Positions 10,135-23,802 of a stretch of DNA of 64,000 nt are shown here, one piece after another. Source of the DNA: Asterias rubens (Eukaryota); NCBI RefSeq assembly GCF_902459465.1, contig NC_047081.1, positions 372,001 through 436,000 on the forward strand. The letters run 5' to 3'. The translations under genes and the position numbers were made by a program. How positions within the stretch are numbered: the stretch's first letter is position 1; every line of letters starts with the position of its first letter. The notes beneath the pieces were generated by a model. It saw only the letters and a list, made by a program, of their open reading frames with translations, was not told the DNA's origin and did not search any database.

Positions 10135-13088
10135 CTACTTGGCCAAGAGGTAATAATAAGAGCCCGACCACGTGTAGCGATTCCTTGCCCAGCCGTGGGT
10201 CCCATCGGCTCCCTGGCCTACCGCTCGGGGACCGAAGAACACTGAGATTAGCACGAGCGGCTTAGACGGCATGTCGATCGGCGGTAAATTCCCCTCACCG
10301 CACTGAGTCAAAATGGCTGTCCCGGAACGACAAGCAAGACGATTGCCTGAAAAGAGAGAATAATAGATGGCGTAAATACCATGCGATAGTAACTAAATTA
10401 TTTCATCGAACTACTCAAGCACCAAACGTAGCTAAAGCCAAACTACCATTTTAGGTGTAGAATTTTTGACTCGTCCCATGCTCATTTTCTGCAGAACATT
10501 GCCAAGCAAATCATCTGAAAAATATGCCTGTGATATTTTTTCCACCGGACACGGGAATACAATAGTGATAAAACACATCGGTCATCGGTATATGAGTAAA
10601 AACCAATAATGTAATATTTACTGCGTTAATAAAAATAATAGCAAATTGGGCCAAGGTACGGTAAGACGAAGCACACCTTGGGTCTGTTATGGTTCTCATT
10701 TAACATCGGTCTATTTAATGGCAATTATGATTAGACTTAGCCATAACAACTGGCACAACAAGGTGGGGCTAGATGATCAAAAACTTCCATTTCTGACCAA
10801 CTGGTCATCATGCGCACATTGTGTAAGCACCATGCGATCGGGGCACTCATCCCTCTTTATTTTGTACTAAAAAAATTGCCAACAGCCCATTATTTACAAT
10901 CTCTATTCTAACTGGGGACCTTTCCCAAAATCCAACCGCTAACTACAGCCCCGTGAAGAAAACGGAGTCTACTAGCACGAGTGTGAAAATGGCTGGAAAA
11001 TAAAGGCGGGAAAAACGAATCAATGAACCAACCTTCCTCCGTCAACTCCAAGTGGGTGTGATCCCGTCCTTGTCCAATGCTAATAGATTTGGGTTCGAGC
11101 GACGGCAGAGTTAATGCGATCAAGGTGGATGGATTCGACGAATCTTCGGCTTGAAGATAAAACTCTACATCTGTGAAGATCTTAAAGGTGTTGAAGTCAG
11201 ACACCTTGATCATTTTGATGTCCTGGGGTGAGATGAGATCGAGGTTTACCTCGGTTTCATCCTCGTCCCTGTAGTTCCATGTCGATTCCATGCCGCCTTT
11301 TCCAAAACGTGTCCAGCCGCCTCCGAACTCGTCCATCAAACAGTACACCTATATGATGGAAAAGGGCAATGATTAAGAGGCACTTACTTCGTGAAAGATT
11401 TTTGATTTCAGCAAGGATATGAAATGATGTCCACCGGCCTGTGGGATATTTGTCTTTTTGTGTACCAATCCATCATGAAATGCCATTTTTCGGCGATCAC
11501 TTTAGGCGGGCACCTCACCCTCGATGCCGCCGTTTTGAAGTTGAACTCCGCACTATTTTTCCCTAGGAAATATTCCAGATTTTTGGCAATCAAACATTAT
11601 GACGTACGTATGTTTTTGGTATAAAAAGTGTTGGGAACTGATCGTGTTCCTAAGTTCTTAGGGCGAGCCTGGGTGGCTATAAATATAAGAGATTTGCATT
11701 TGTTTAAAAAAAAAATGCTCTTAAAATCACAATGCACTGTTCCTAAACAGGACAGGATTATTATTGTGGAATGAAAATGTTTCATTACTTGTGAAGAAGT
11801 CGATCCTTGCACGAAATACAACCCACTAGGCTGTTGTTGGCACGTCTCCATCAGGTTCTTGCACGATACGGCAGGGTACTGGATCGTTCCCATTAACTCG
11901 CACGATCCATGTCCAACACCAATGTGGATAGAAAGACCTGGTGGTACAGACAGGGATACGAGGTTGATCTTTCAGACAAAGTATGATTGGAAATTAACAA
12001 CAATAACATGTATTGACTAGAAATAGACGTGGCCGCCATCTTTGATGTAAAACAATGGAAACGTGCACATGTGTACGCGATGCACACAACACTAAGCCAA
12101 TGACATAATTATCTTGTCTTCATTGATCAGGCAGAGTGAGGGAACTGTTTTGGGGGTTTGTGACGAGGTTGGTCCATTAGGTAAAGTATGATTAGAAATC
12201 AACAACAAGGCAGCGGTAAGCTGCCATTTAACAAATGTATTGTAAGTGAACAATATGGACACCCAGCTTTTAGCACAGTTTATACCCTTTTCCCAAATCT
12301 TGGTTTATACATTACTTCTCGCCACGACACGTCGTAAGTATTGATTAAGATTAAGATGTTTACCTTCAATAAGATGGTACAGTTCCTGCGACTGTTTACA
12401 TTGATCCTCTTCAGGAGTCAGAGCAACATTCAGAGAGGCCAGAGTCAGCTTCTTCATCTTGTTAGTTTCTTGTTTCAATCTGACGATAATCGTCTTAAGA
12501 CTGGAGACACTTGCTTCAAGAAGGGACAATCGAGTCACCATTTCTACATGAAAACATTGTGATTAAAAAGTTTGGTTTTAACTCTTAAAATTATTGGCAG
12601 TACTAAACATACTTGGGTAAAGGTACAGCAGCTTTTGATAGTGTAAAGCATTTTGTAAATCATTTCACTTCGAAGTAATGTGGTTATGCAAAAAGATTTT
12701 GATTTGTATCCCTCCAAATTTTATTCTGAGAACGTTTTTATCGGATACCTTTACTAGATTGCTTATTCCATCAACGGATTATTCTTCCTGTGATGAGGCC
12801 ATTTCTGCCCCACATTTCGGCAAAATAAAATACGCGACCACATTTTGAAATGAAATTGTCCACAAAAATCCACAGAGAATTGTGACAAGGCCATCCAACG
12901 GAAAATCTTTTAGTGGGTTAACAAACAAACAAACAGACAAACAAACAAAGTTGCAAATGTTGGTATTGCTCTTGTTTACCTTTGTATTCGATTGCGTCGC
13001 AGTTGCACTCATGTGCTATCGGCAGACTTGCTGGCCAAGCTACTGCGAGAAGAGCCAGAACTAGCCAAACTTGAAGAAAGTAAACCAT
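10135..13088 (-). CDS. Secreted coiled-coil plus fibrinogen-like-domain protein, 321 aa; exons 13088-12980, 12543-12364, 11937-11789, 11348-11033, 10346-10135
   Basis: Five GT-AG exons with phases 1,1,0,1 total 966 nt. Signal peptide MVYFLQVWLVLALLAVAWPA, heptad-like LSLLEASVSSLKTIIVRLKQETNKMKKL, then GTIQYPAVSCKNL...PSGLYFV...VYCLMDEFGGGWTRF, the motif that opens fibrinogen-C/COLFI-like domains. The last exon follows a strong acceptor (tctctcttttcag) and ends ...WSGSYYYLLAK*. The donor at 11033 (AAG|GTTGGT) is the least certain junction. Confidence 0.8.
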
Positions 13089-16000
13089 CTTGCCAAAAAA
13101 GTACCGCTGCAAAAAACTGCTAACTTGGTCTGGAGGAAAGTCAAGAGATCATAAAGTGGTGAAAACTCAGAGACGCAAATGGTTTTTATAACCACGACGA
13201 GATAAGGTATTTTTAATGTCACTTTTTGGGGGTGTCCAATAAGTCGTCTCTGATTGGTGTCTTGTGATCAGGTGACGGGTGAAGGGAGGGTGGGCATTTT
13301 GCCAACCAAAGCTATCTTCGCGTCATCCAGTTTCTAGCTGACGTAAATCATTGTAAAACTCTCTGTATCTGACGTTGCCGCTAACAAAAATAAAACTAGA
13401 AACTGACTCTAAGCTATTCACCTTTGAACGGTCACGAGCAATCCATCCTGTGTATTTTACACTTTCAATTCATGATTTGTGAGTTGTTTAATATATTTTT
13501 TCTCTCGATGTGTATAAATTTTCTACTGTGGGAACCTCTTATCTAATAAATAACAATCTTATTTCGCCCTAACTATCTAGAACAGAACTTATCAACAATA
13601 GTGAACTTGAGCTTGAGTGAGTGCAGATTTTGAGAGATGGGTGCGGAGTAATGCTTTCCGCCCCCCCCCCCCCCTAAGATGCCTCCTTGCGGGGAGGGTT
13701 GGGGCTGACAGATTCTTGTGAATACATTTTGGAAGGGATTGAAGTCGTTAAGGCCTTTTATATGAAGTCGTTAATACCTTTTGTATGAAGTCGAAGTACT
13801 GTAAAGTATTGTGCTCCTACCTATTGAAGGAACACGAGTTATCAAGGGAAAAAATCGAGACGGGATAAAAGGGACTATGCACTTAGAAGAATGTTGGCTT
13901 CGTATCTAACTTAAAAGGAATATGAGGGTGTGGTTTTGGAAAAAAAACAAATAAACAAATTTGGAGAGGATGAAAACCGAGTCATGCTCACTCAGGTATC
14001 TTGACTCGCAAGTCGCATTGCAGGGTCATTAGCTGACCTCGGCGGATCATTAATGGGTCATTTTGACCCAGGAAAGTTTTCTCCACAAAACAGACAAAAT
14101 GCAGTAATTAGATTTTAAGATTACCAAAGTTTTGCAGTTATTTTTACTGTTCAGCCAGTTACCCAGAATGTAATTTGTGTTTACCATTGTTGTAGAGATT
14201 TTCATTGTCGTGTTTAACCTCCCCCGCCTCGTCCCACGCAAACGTCGCCCACTGCCTCCTTACAATGCCTTCTGGAGTTCGTGAGAGCATTGCCCCGTTT
14301 CCAATGACGCACTTTACGATTTGACTGAAAGTAATAACTTGCTTCCAGACAGCTCATCGGTGAAGAGACTTTCCTCTTGCAGTGGGGTGAAATAGGCTAG
14401 AAAGAAAGAAAGAAAGATGTAATTGCAAAGCGAAGGAAGCCCATATTAATTTTTGCCATACACTGCATGTTGTCAAAGTTCGCGGCGTTGCCGTTGAATT
14501 TCTGCACACCGCGATCCCAAAAGGGGTTGCGGGAAAAAGGTATCATCAAAGTAATGGTGTGATAAGTTTGTAATTGTACTCTAGCCGTTTTAGCCTTCGA
14601 GAAAAGACTGCATTTTTGTCAAGACTTTCGTGGTTCTGTGAAGCTGGCAAACCAAGCCGCGAGCTTGACAAAAGACTACGGTCGTGCCTGAAATTTTGAT
14701 TGGGTCGCTGGCCTACTAAGAGTACGCTAACCGTTTGTCAACTGTCCCTCCGCTGATCTGCCAAAACTAAAATATGAAACTAACAAAACAGAGACAGGTA
14801 TAAAACTATGAACCGTCAAGCATGCAAGCAACCGCACGCATAAAAACAATTATAGATTAGATAGAGTCGACTGATAATGATTTCTTACGGCACTGTCAGT
14901 GTGAATCAAAGGGTGAATTGGGACAAATTTGATAACAAATTCATGAGAGCAAGAGAAAAACAGAACGTCGTGAAGCAGTCACCCTTTCAAATAGAAAACA
15001 CACAAACATCCCGGTTCACATAGAGGTTAAACATCATTTCCAAAGTTCAAGCACCAAGGAACAACCTTTTTTGTTGGTGTGAATTGAAACCTGTTGCAAA
15101 ATGTCATCTGAGTATAGCGCCCTGGGCGGCTAGAGGTGAAAAGTGGTCGCTCATTGGTCAATCTGTGCACTACATTGTACAGGGCGACTAACGTCACTCT
15201 GACGTCAAGCCAACATGGTCGTTCTCATTTCTACTGTTTAGCTGTAATTCTATGGAAGATGGCTCGGTGATGTTTGTAACTAGAGCATAACATTAATATT
15301 TGAATTTTGCTCGCAAAACTTCGAACTTCTGAAGTTGCTTTTATTCTCGAAACCTCCATTGTTTGGCTGACCAATGTCAACACAGTGATCTCTTCGAGAT
15401 CAAGAATGACAACATTATAGGAAGAATTGGTTCCCAACAAATCTCTACACCCACGCTATTCAGGGTTAAAGGGAGGTGAAAGCGTAGGTGGAAAATTACA
15501 ACAATTCTAAGATATAAATCTGAATGGAATTAAGAATACTAAAAGTCAAGCGGCCCTCTTGCACCAGTTATTTTGGAGGTTGAGCGCCCTCTGTTAACAA
15601 AATAGATTTTATAGTCAGACCCCGCCTTTGGTGGTTATTTTGCTGTTAGACCAAAGTGCCACTAAGTCAGGGAGTCGCACAACATGTGTCATGGTGTACA
15701 TTGAGTGGTTTTTGTTTTTGACGGGACGAACTCTAAATTATCCCCCTACTGCCCCAAGTATTCTACACTTACGCTGAAGCCGTTGAATAAAGGTAAGATA
15801 AAGGGACAGATAGATCCGTTTGAAATTGAAATCATGAAAATTACCCATTCAGCTCGAGCGTTATAATTTGACTTTGAGTTCATTAACCCTACCACCAGTC
15901 CAGCGGCACAAGAGACCGGGACCAGTTTGAGTTTTGTTGCAAGTGCAAGCCCCCTCCCGGCCGTGCTTGTCAGGTGAGGTTGTCAATGTCAGCTCGCTTC

Positions 16001-16703
16001 TGCCGGTCAAGTATTTCCTGTGGTTTGCTTTGCATTAACTCTCAACAATAAACTCACTTTTTTGTTATCTAAGTGTGTTGTTTACATGTCCATGTGATGC
16101 CTCGGTTACGTAGGCTTAATTAATTATTAAAAATAACTATATTTAAAATAAAGTTTTACAATTGGCTGCCATCTGGATGATCTGGTCCTTGCGCTATGAA
16201 TATGAATAATTGATGAATCTGCTAATTAAATTTGTATTGACATCGACAGTTGGCATACCGACTTTGTAGACAAAGGATGCTGGCACTCTGGCAGATCCTG
16301 ATGCCATAAAAATAATGCCATGGATTAATTTCATTAAGATGCTTAAGCAGAACATATTGCTTAAATTTTAAAACGTTTTCTGCTAGGCAAAAATAGAAAG
16401 GGGAAAAAGATTTATTTTAAGGTAATTTTTCGGCTGGTAAACCTTTCTGTCTGGTATTGTAAGCAAAATGTTGTTGCGCTTAGCTACTCTTTAAATAATA
16501 CATGGCTCTCAGTCACAGATTCAAGCTGCTTTCTTTTATTTAACCAGAATCTCATGGAGACCGCTTTGCGTAGGACACGGCTCTCATGTTTCCAGCTACC
16601 ACATTATTTTGAAACAAATGAGTTTAAATATTCAATTTCAACTGTTTACTTTTCCCGTCAGGACAAGCAGGACTAACGGCAACGGCAACGGCAACGTGCA
16701 ATC

Positions 16704-17579
16704 ATGGGGTTACAGAAAGTATTAAACACCTTTATCCACCTGTATTCATTTGGCATTATGGTCGGGTATCTACTAATGGTGCTGTTATCTCCGCTTTATC
16801 AAAAGATCTCTAAACCCATGTCCCTGAGACCGGTAAGTAAACGATGCACAAGGTGAAATAAAGCCATGTCATCTCCCCAATAACCCTGACATTTTTTATT
16901 TTTTATTATTAAGGAAAAAGTGCATCGGTAACTTGCGTACATAGTGAATATGTACAACAAAATCAAGAACTAAATTGAACGTAACGATTGTATTTTGCTG
17001 TAGATTCTGGTGGTGTATAACTATGCATGTAGTCTACTCAGCGTCTGTACCTTCGCCATGTTCGCTTACGGTATGTACGACGCCGGGTCGGTATTTCGCA
17101 TGGAATCTACACTGGTACTCAAGCAAGCCTTCCTACTCTACCGCATAGCCAAATACATTGAGCTTCTAGACACCGTCTTTATGATTCTACGCCATAAACG
17201 ACGGCAGATTTCATTTCTTCACGTGTATCACCACGGCAGTATGATAAACCTCGCGGAGTTCTCATACCTCTTAACGCCATGGGCGGCCGTTGCTTTCTCC
17301 CTTGGTCTTAACTCGCTCATACACGTTTGTCTTTACTTCTACTATGGACGGTGCGCAGCAAATCCAGATAGCCCGCCCTCATGGAAGAAACAAATGACCC
17401 AGCTACAGATTGCGCAATTCTTCGTCATACTGGTGCACTGCACGGTTGGTTACCTGTATCATGGTTTCTGCGGCTATTCTATATTCTTTTGTATGACAAT
17501 GATTTATCTTTTTGGTAGTTTTTACGTCGTTGCATTTCTCAGGTCTAAACAGCCAAAGGATCAAATAAAATCAGAATGA
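16704..17579 (+). CDS. GNS1/SUR4 (ELO) fatty-acid elongase, HVYHH type, 234 aa; exons 16704-16832 and 17004-17579
   Basis: Motifs KYIELLDT, QISFLHVYHH, NSLIHVCLYFYY and TQLQIAQF. Phase-0 intron CCG|gtaagt...ttgctgtag|ATT. An in-frame TAA upstream of ATG 16704 fixes the start. Confidence 0.93.
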
Positions 17580-20500
17580 TGCAAAATGTCCACAAAATGT
17601 ATGTTATTATTTTTTAAAGTCTTTTCTAAGTTTTTTTTTTCCAGAACAATGAAGTTGGATGGACAGTAATGTAAGGTACATTAAAACAACATTTAGAATT
17701 AGGTTGTAGGACTTCAGCAACATTTTGAGGAGGTGCCAGATGGTGTTGTTCAGAATGTAAAGGAGTTGAATATTGGCTGAAAATTTAAAACTGTACGCTA
17801 TAACGATGCTTGCTCAAACAAGTCTAGAATTAAACTGCAATTCTTTGTATTTTCATTACATTCCACTGTAAAATGTTTTCTCAAGACCACATGACTTGTG
17901 ATAAGTTTTAGTACTATTAATCATGAGAATAGCAGTGTGTGATTTTTTAATTATTTTTGTTTATATTTAAGAAACAACCAAAAGGTTCCACGTCGTTTAT
18001 CTCCAGCTGTCTAACCGTTAGTTTTGCACACCACTTGGTAGTTTCCTATACATTATGTTAATCCTAACGTCACGTGTTTTGTTTACACAATCTTAGCCAC
18101 AGAGCTCAGTGTTCATGCACGCACTTTTAGTTCACAGTTTAACGGAAGAAAATGTCAAATCTTGTGAAAATTTACATCATCTTTTTTATTTGCCATAGAG
18201 GGTATCATTGTTCAGCTGTTTTTTTATTATTTTTTTATGTTGGAGTTTTTTATGTGAATCACAAATCAACTTGTCTGTCAGAATAAATATTTGGCAAGTT
18301 CTGGATCACACTTTGTTTGTTTTGTAAACGAATTGACAGTAATACTTTTGCGTCTTTCGTATTTTGTGAACAGTATAAAATTTAAGGGGTATTTCTTGAC
18401 CTCATTCCCAGGTGTTTGCTCCGAATATGCCTTACCATATAATAGTAACATGAGGCGGGATCGATATGGTTCTTTGCCTATGGGATCAAGGCTTACACTT
18501 CCTTCATTTATCCAATTTACAAAGAAACAACCATGGAAAATGAGTTTGTTTAAATATTTCAATCTGGAATAAAATTTGAATTTTTCTACCACAATTGTGT
18601 GTTTTTGGTTATATTTGACCCTAAAATATGCGAAATGAGTACATAACCCCATGATAATATCTTTGCATAGTTGAGTAATTTTCATCAACGACTCTTTTTC
18701 CTCTAAGATTATTGATGTCCATTTCATGGTCTGTATACGTTTGGTAATAACTCTGATATCTACGGCAATAAAAACGTGTGTATTTCTAAAACGTTTATTA
18801 TTCATGTGTGGACATAAGCTCCGGATTTTCGGCTATTTTATAAATATCGCGACCACCACCTTTTGAAAATGTTCACGGTTTAACTGTAGACAACTACATT
18901 TATATAGGATTATATACAACAATCAAACGGTTCCTTAACCATTCTTTTAAGTTATTTTATTAATTGCATACTTCTTCTGCAAATTAGGATATGCACGGCA
19001 CGCGTTGAACACGTGCTGTCATGCGAGTTTTAAAATTGCGTTCACTTCAAATACGCTTAACAGTCAAAACCCGGTATCCATCCAGTGTCAAAGTCTTCGT
19101 TTCGAAAAGGACTAAAGATCGGTGATAAAAACCCGGCTCATAAACAGCGCCCTCTTTGAGGTCAAATGAAGTCTTGTCATTGGCTGAGAGTATTTTTGGC
19201 GCGTACACACTAAATACCCACCAGAAGTCTGTATTATGAGCAGACGGTTTCTGCTTACGGGGTAGACATTAATAGCAGAAGTTCTATTTCGTAAAGGCTG
19301 CTAACCGTAAGCAAAGAAAAAGTTAAGCTTGCCAGCCGTTTGTGCTCAACAATGCAAATGTGCTAAGCCACAATCCTTGGACCTGAGTAGCCACACATTT
19401 GTTGTTCGTGTCCATCAGGAACAACCAGTTTAAAAACCACTGATGCAGTTATCTTAATTTTATTTATCAGTTTACAATCGCTGTGTCAATGGTGAATGAA
19501 GTGTTTGAGTTTGTCGAATACAAGACCTGCAAAGCAGTTACTTAATATTTATGTTGTTCATTTGGTGTCTTTGTTAGATGGCAACTCATGGAGTGGGCGA
19601 GCTTGCTGGGGGCGACTTTTTGGTTGGGGCGAGATGAAAGTGTACCCCGGTGATTGTGGCTGTGCACAAATCCATTGCGCTGTTCATTGATTTAAACAGA
19701 GTTAATAAACTTATTTAATCTTTATAATCTGAAACTAAATCAAAGTATTTTTTGTTGTCTGTAATCCTATTACCTTGTCTGCCAGGGGCGGGGCTCTGTA
19801 ATTACCCCCGACCCAATTCCCGCGACCACCCCACAACCCCATGTCGCAAGGCCGTGCGTGACAAAGATCAAAGGTAGACTTGTATTAGTCATTTCCCATT
19901 GTCTTCGATAACGGATTCTCTTGATTTTCAATTAGGGCAGGTACTGAGTACGAAGATCCAAAGTTGTGTGTTTTGAAGAATTTAAAGGGATTGTGTCTTA
20001 GATAAAAGATAATTTGATTACCATTTAGGGCATGCATTGTGTATTTGAAAGAATTGATATGACTTGCGTAATAACATTATCACTGATACAAAATATATGT
20101 GATATACTAGTTTGTCGTTGAAGGGGTACGCCCAATGGGTTACGCCCAATGTTTTTACCAGGGGCGTTTCCTGTTGGGCGGGGTTGTGTGAGGGGTATTA
20201 CTAGACTATTTAGATATGGGTTGCACTTAAGTTGGATCGAAAATTGCGCACAGAGCAACCAAATGCACAAACACCGGTCCCTCTTTACAAATCTCTCCTG
20301 AGCACATCTCTGTTTGTCCCCCGCTCGCTTGTACCCCGGCATGTACCCTCTCTCTCACAAACGCTTTCGAATAACCCCTCGTTATCTAAAACGCACCTCG
20401 ACTTCCCTGTAGGGGTTTTCCGGGCCTAAATTCTTTCTCACCTTCAAATAAATTAGTGAGCAATTAACTAAACGTTACTTCAGAGGAAGCCGTTTCTCAC

Positions 20501-22224
20501 AATGTGTTATGCCACCAACAGCGTCTCCGTTCCTTGTTATAACCAAATAAGTTGTTTTATGCTAACATGTATTTTTTAGTAATTACCAAACGTGTCCAGT
20601 GCTTTTGAGGTACTTGGACAAGTCTACCTTAATTGCGACCTTTGCCTTTGCAACAATGCTTTGGGGTATCGCTGAATCAATACCCAAATCAGCTGAAGGA
20701 CTACCCCATTGACAAACACACTTTTGATAATAATGATTGGGATTTGCAGCTTCCATTATTTTATAAATCATTAATGAATGATAAAGGTGTTTCCTTGCTA
20801 AGGTTGAGCATTGAGGTACCTCCATGGGTTGAGCAACAGTTACGTCAACATGCCCCCCCCCCCCCGGCAACCAAAGATTGCATTGTATTGCTGGGGTCAT
20901 CGGGTGAAGTTATGGCCCCAGTACATACCCATTTATGGTAGCTTCAGGGATGGATATATCAAACATTTATCTGAATTTAAAAATATTGTCACGTCCGCCT
21001 GGTAAATTAAATTCTCAAACATGACACCTTTTGTTTGGGTAAAAGTTGTTAATTTATTTATTTATTTATTTAAAAGTAGAATTTACTCCAGTCCAGTGCA
21101 GTTTCTATCATGTGATCTAAAACTAGATCTAATGTGGTCTAAACCTAGCAAAACATAAATAATGTCACTTTAGGCAACAACACCTTCAAATATTTGTGTA
21201 TTGATAGTCATGTTGTAAACAGCATAACAATTTTTACCAAAATATTAATTTTTATTGATAATCAGCCAAGAAAATACTTAGAGGTACAAAACAATTTCTA
21301 TACAATAATCTTTTATTTTAAATCGAACAAAACAGTTATGATGCATAATGATGCATAATGATGTGGTACACATTCGCAAGTTTCAGTCAATGTGATTGGC
21401 TTATACATCGACTATTTTGTTCTGATTTTCGTGACCAATCTATTGATTATTCTAATGTATCGATTGTTCTTGACATGAACAACTTTATTGACAAGTACGA
21501 AACAACGTATAAACAATACCGAGGTCAGAACGAACGTTTAAGCTCGAGGAAAATTCTACTAGGAATACTAAAAATATAATTTACTCTTTACATTTCTGTC
21601 AATTCTCATACACCTATTCATGCATCTATCGATTTATACAAATTACCTGAAAAATACAATCATTTTTAGTCAAAGAAAGAAAATGTCGGTATCCCAATCT
21701 ACCACTTAAAATCAAAGGTTTAATTCAAAAAGTGCTCGATTTGTACCATAGTTCACCACTGATCAAAACGACTGAAAGAAATGCTATGTATGCATCTCAT
21801 TAGAGGCATAGCCTACATATTTTATACTACAGATATATATATTTATAGGAAGAAAAACATCTATTGCATAATAATTGTGTCACACTTGTAAACAATTTTA
21901 ACAATACCAAAAACTGATATCAATATTGAAAACAATAACACCTACTATTAATTACTGTAGTCGGTCAAGCCCCACTGCACACACTGTGCCGCTTCGCTGA
22001 ACAGACCATAGTACAGGGTTCCCGCCGTTTATAGCTATTCCTTGAATTTAACAATATAATCTAAGATGTTCATGGATTTTTGTTTTGGTGGAAGGTCAAG
22101 AAGTTGGCATAAGCCTCTTTGAGACATGGTTGACACTATAGTAGATGTATTTTGGGTTTGGGTGTTTGAAGTGTGGACCTTAGAACAAAAACCACATAAT
22201 GTAGTGACTTAAACACTGTGTGTG

Positions 22225-22440
22225 CTTACACACGTCCACACAGTGTTATTTACAGAATTGAGGAATAAAAGGTGTGTAGAAAGTGTTCAAAACAAAAGAA
22301 TATCCACTCAGCCACTGCAACACCGTGTGGATCTGAAAACAAAAGACTTGCACACGTCCATACAGTGTTATTTGCAGTGTTGCGGAACAAGATTTTTTAC
22401 CAAAGTGGTCAAAACAAAGGGATTTCCACACAGTGCCTCA
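22225..22440. repeat. Degenerate ~122-bp tandem duplication
   Basis: cacgtcca(c/t)acagtgttattt at 22231 and 22353, with similar downstream caaaacaaa blocks. Confidence 0.65.
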
Positions 22441-23802
22441 TCAAAGAGCTGTGGAGGCCTATACACGTAACAGACTAAATAAAACCCGGCACACCTCAAA
22501 ATGGCCGACTAATACTGCTATCCAATAATTTGGAACATTGAAAAGCATGTTCCTGTTTGACATGTTTTGGCCTTAGTGGTTTTCCTGTATGGGTTCCAGG
22601 AGGTGCCTTATAGGACTTCAACTTGTACTTGTTGCTAGTTCACTTATTTTACACACCAGATCTTTACATACACAAAACAGAACATTGTTAACTGAAGTTT
22701 AATCTCTACAACCAATGTTTGCGATGTATTTGTGGCGCTGACCGGTTGCTACAAATTCTAAAACAACGATAGATTTCTGTACAAAACAGCATAAGAATTT
22801 GTAATGGAAAACACCCTGATTTTGTCCTTGTGGAAAACATGGAATTTCACTGTAATAATAATCTGGGAACCCTGATACGAAAACAGGCCTATTCGCAAAA
22901 AAAAAATCATCACATTTTGATAAAATGTTATTTTAATTATTTTTAAACAGTATTGTGTTTACTAAGTAATTGCACATATAAATTTGGATTGAAATAAACT
23001 CGTGATTCTGACTAAGGGGCTTATCGGGGGCGAACGACTTGTACAAGTTAAGCCGGAAGGAAAAGCAAATTTATAGAGACCGAGGTCAAATTGAAAAATA
23101 TTACTCGTGCATTATCTTTCAATGTCATAAATGCTATAATTCATTCAACCAAACCGCCAACAAAACATAGTCTGGTGCTTGTTCTTGTTAGGAGTTTGAC
23201 CAATCGCATCTTGGACCAAAAGGGGCTCCAGACAAGGATAGGAGACTGCGCAGAACTCGCGCAATTTCGCCCTGTTCAAAGTGCGCATCAATCCTTTTGT
23301 ATGAGTTGGGATCCAAGGTCCCTGGTAATCATTAAAATGCGCGAGACTGGATATGCACAGTCGTCTGGCACCTACGGGTACACAGGTTACAAAATTGAAC
23401 GAGAACTGGTCGTGTTAAATAATATATCTTACTGTAGATAAACCAAACATAAAATTTGTGACAATTAATTCAAACTGCAAAAGTGGTATGTAAGAATGTA
23501 CCCAGTCTGTACCCATTCTGACACCAGAAGGTTACAACTATAAATCAATAGTATTTCAGCCTTGATTGTCTGATGATGGTGGTACAAAAATGAATGGAAT
23601 CCTTTGTGAAATTACATTCATCTCTGTCAGAACGCCACCAACATAAAGGAGAAATAAAATTAATGGACCAATATAAATTTAAAAACCAATATAAAATTTA
23701 AAATTTGTCAACTGCAAACCAACAATAAGATTGCATGATGTAAATTACAAATTCATAATCATGATGTAGAAAGTTTGTTGTCAAAAGTTGTTGGACAACT
23801 TT

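Noticed and set aside
10908-11032. C-terminal part of the 146-aa ORF (WFIDSFFPPLF...VPS*) as the end of the gene
   Set aside because: The sequence becomes T-rich and intron-like after a GTTGGT donor, and a better terminal exon with a strong acceptor in matching phase exists at 10346-10135. Unspliced read-through cannot be fully excluded.
18278-18805. 175-aa minus-strand ORF and overlapping 93-aa plus-strand ORF
   Set aside because: AT-rich with no recognisable domain or splice context. It looks like a decayed DNA-transposon remnant.
20025-21005. Cluster of 60-105-aa ORFs between the convergent elongases
   Set aside because: There are no domain motifs or consistent splice phases. The region contains MITE ends, a poly-C tract and GC/CCAAT-like words, so it is more plausibly non-coding.
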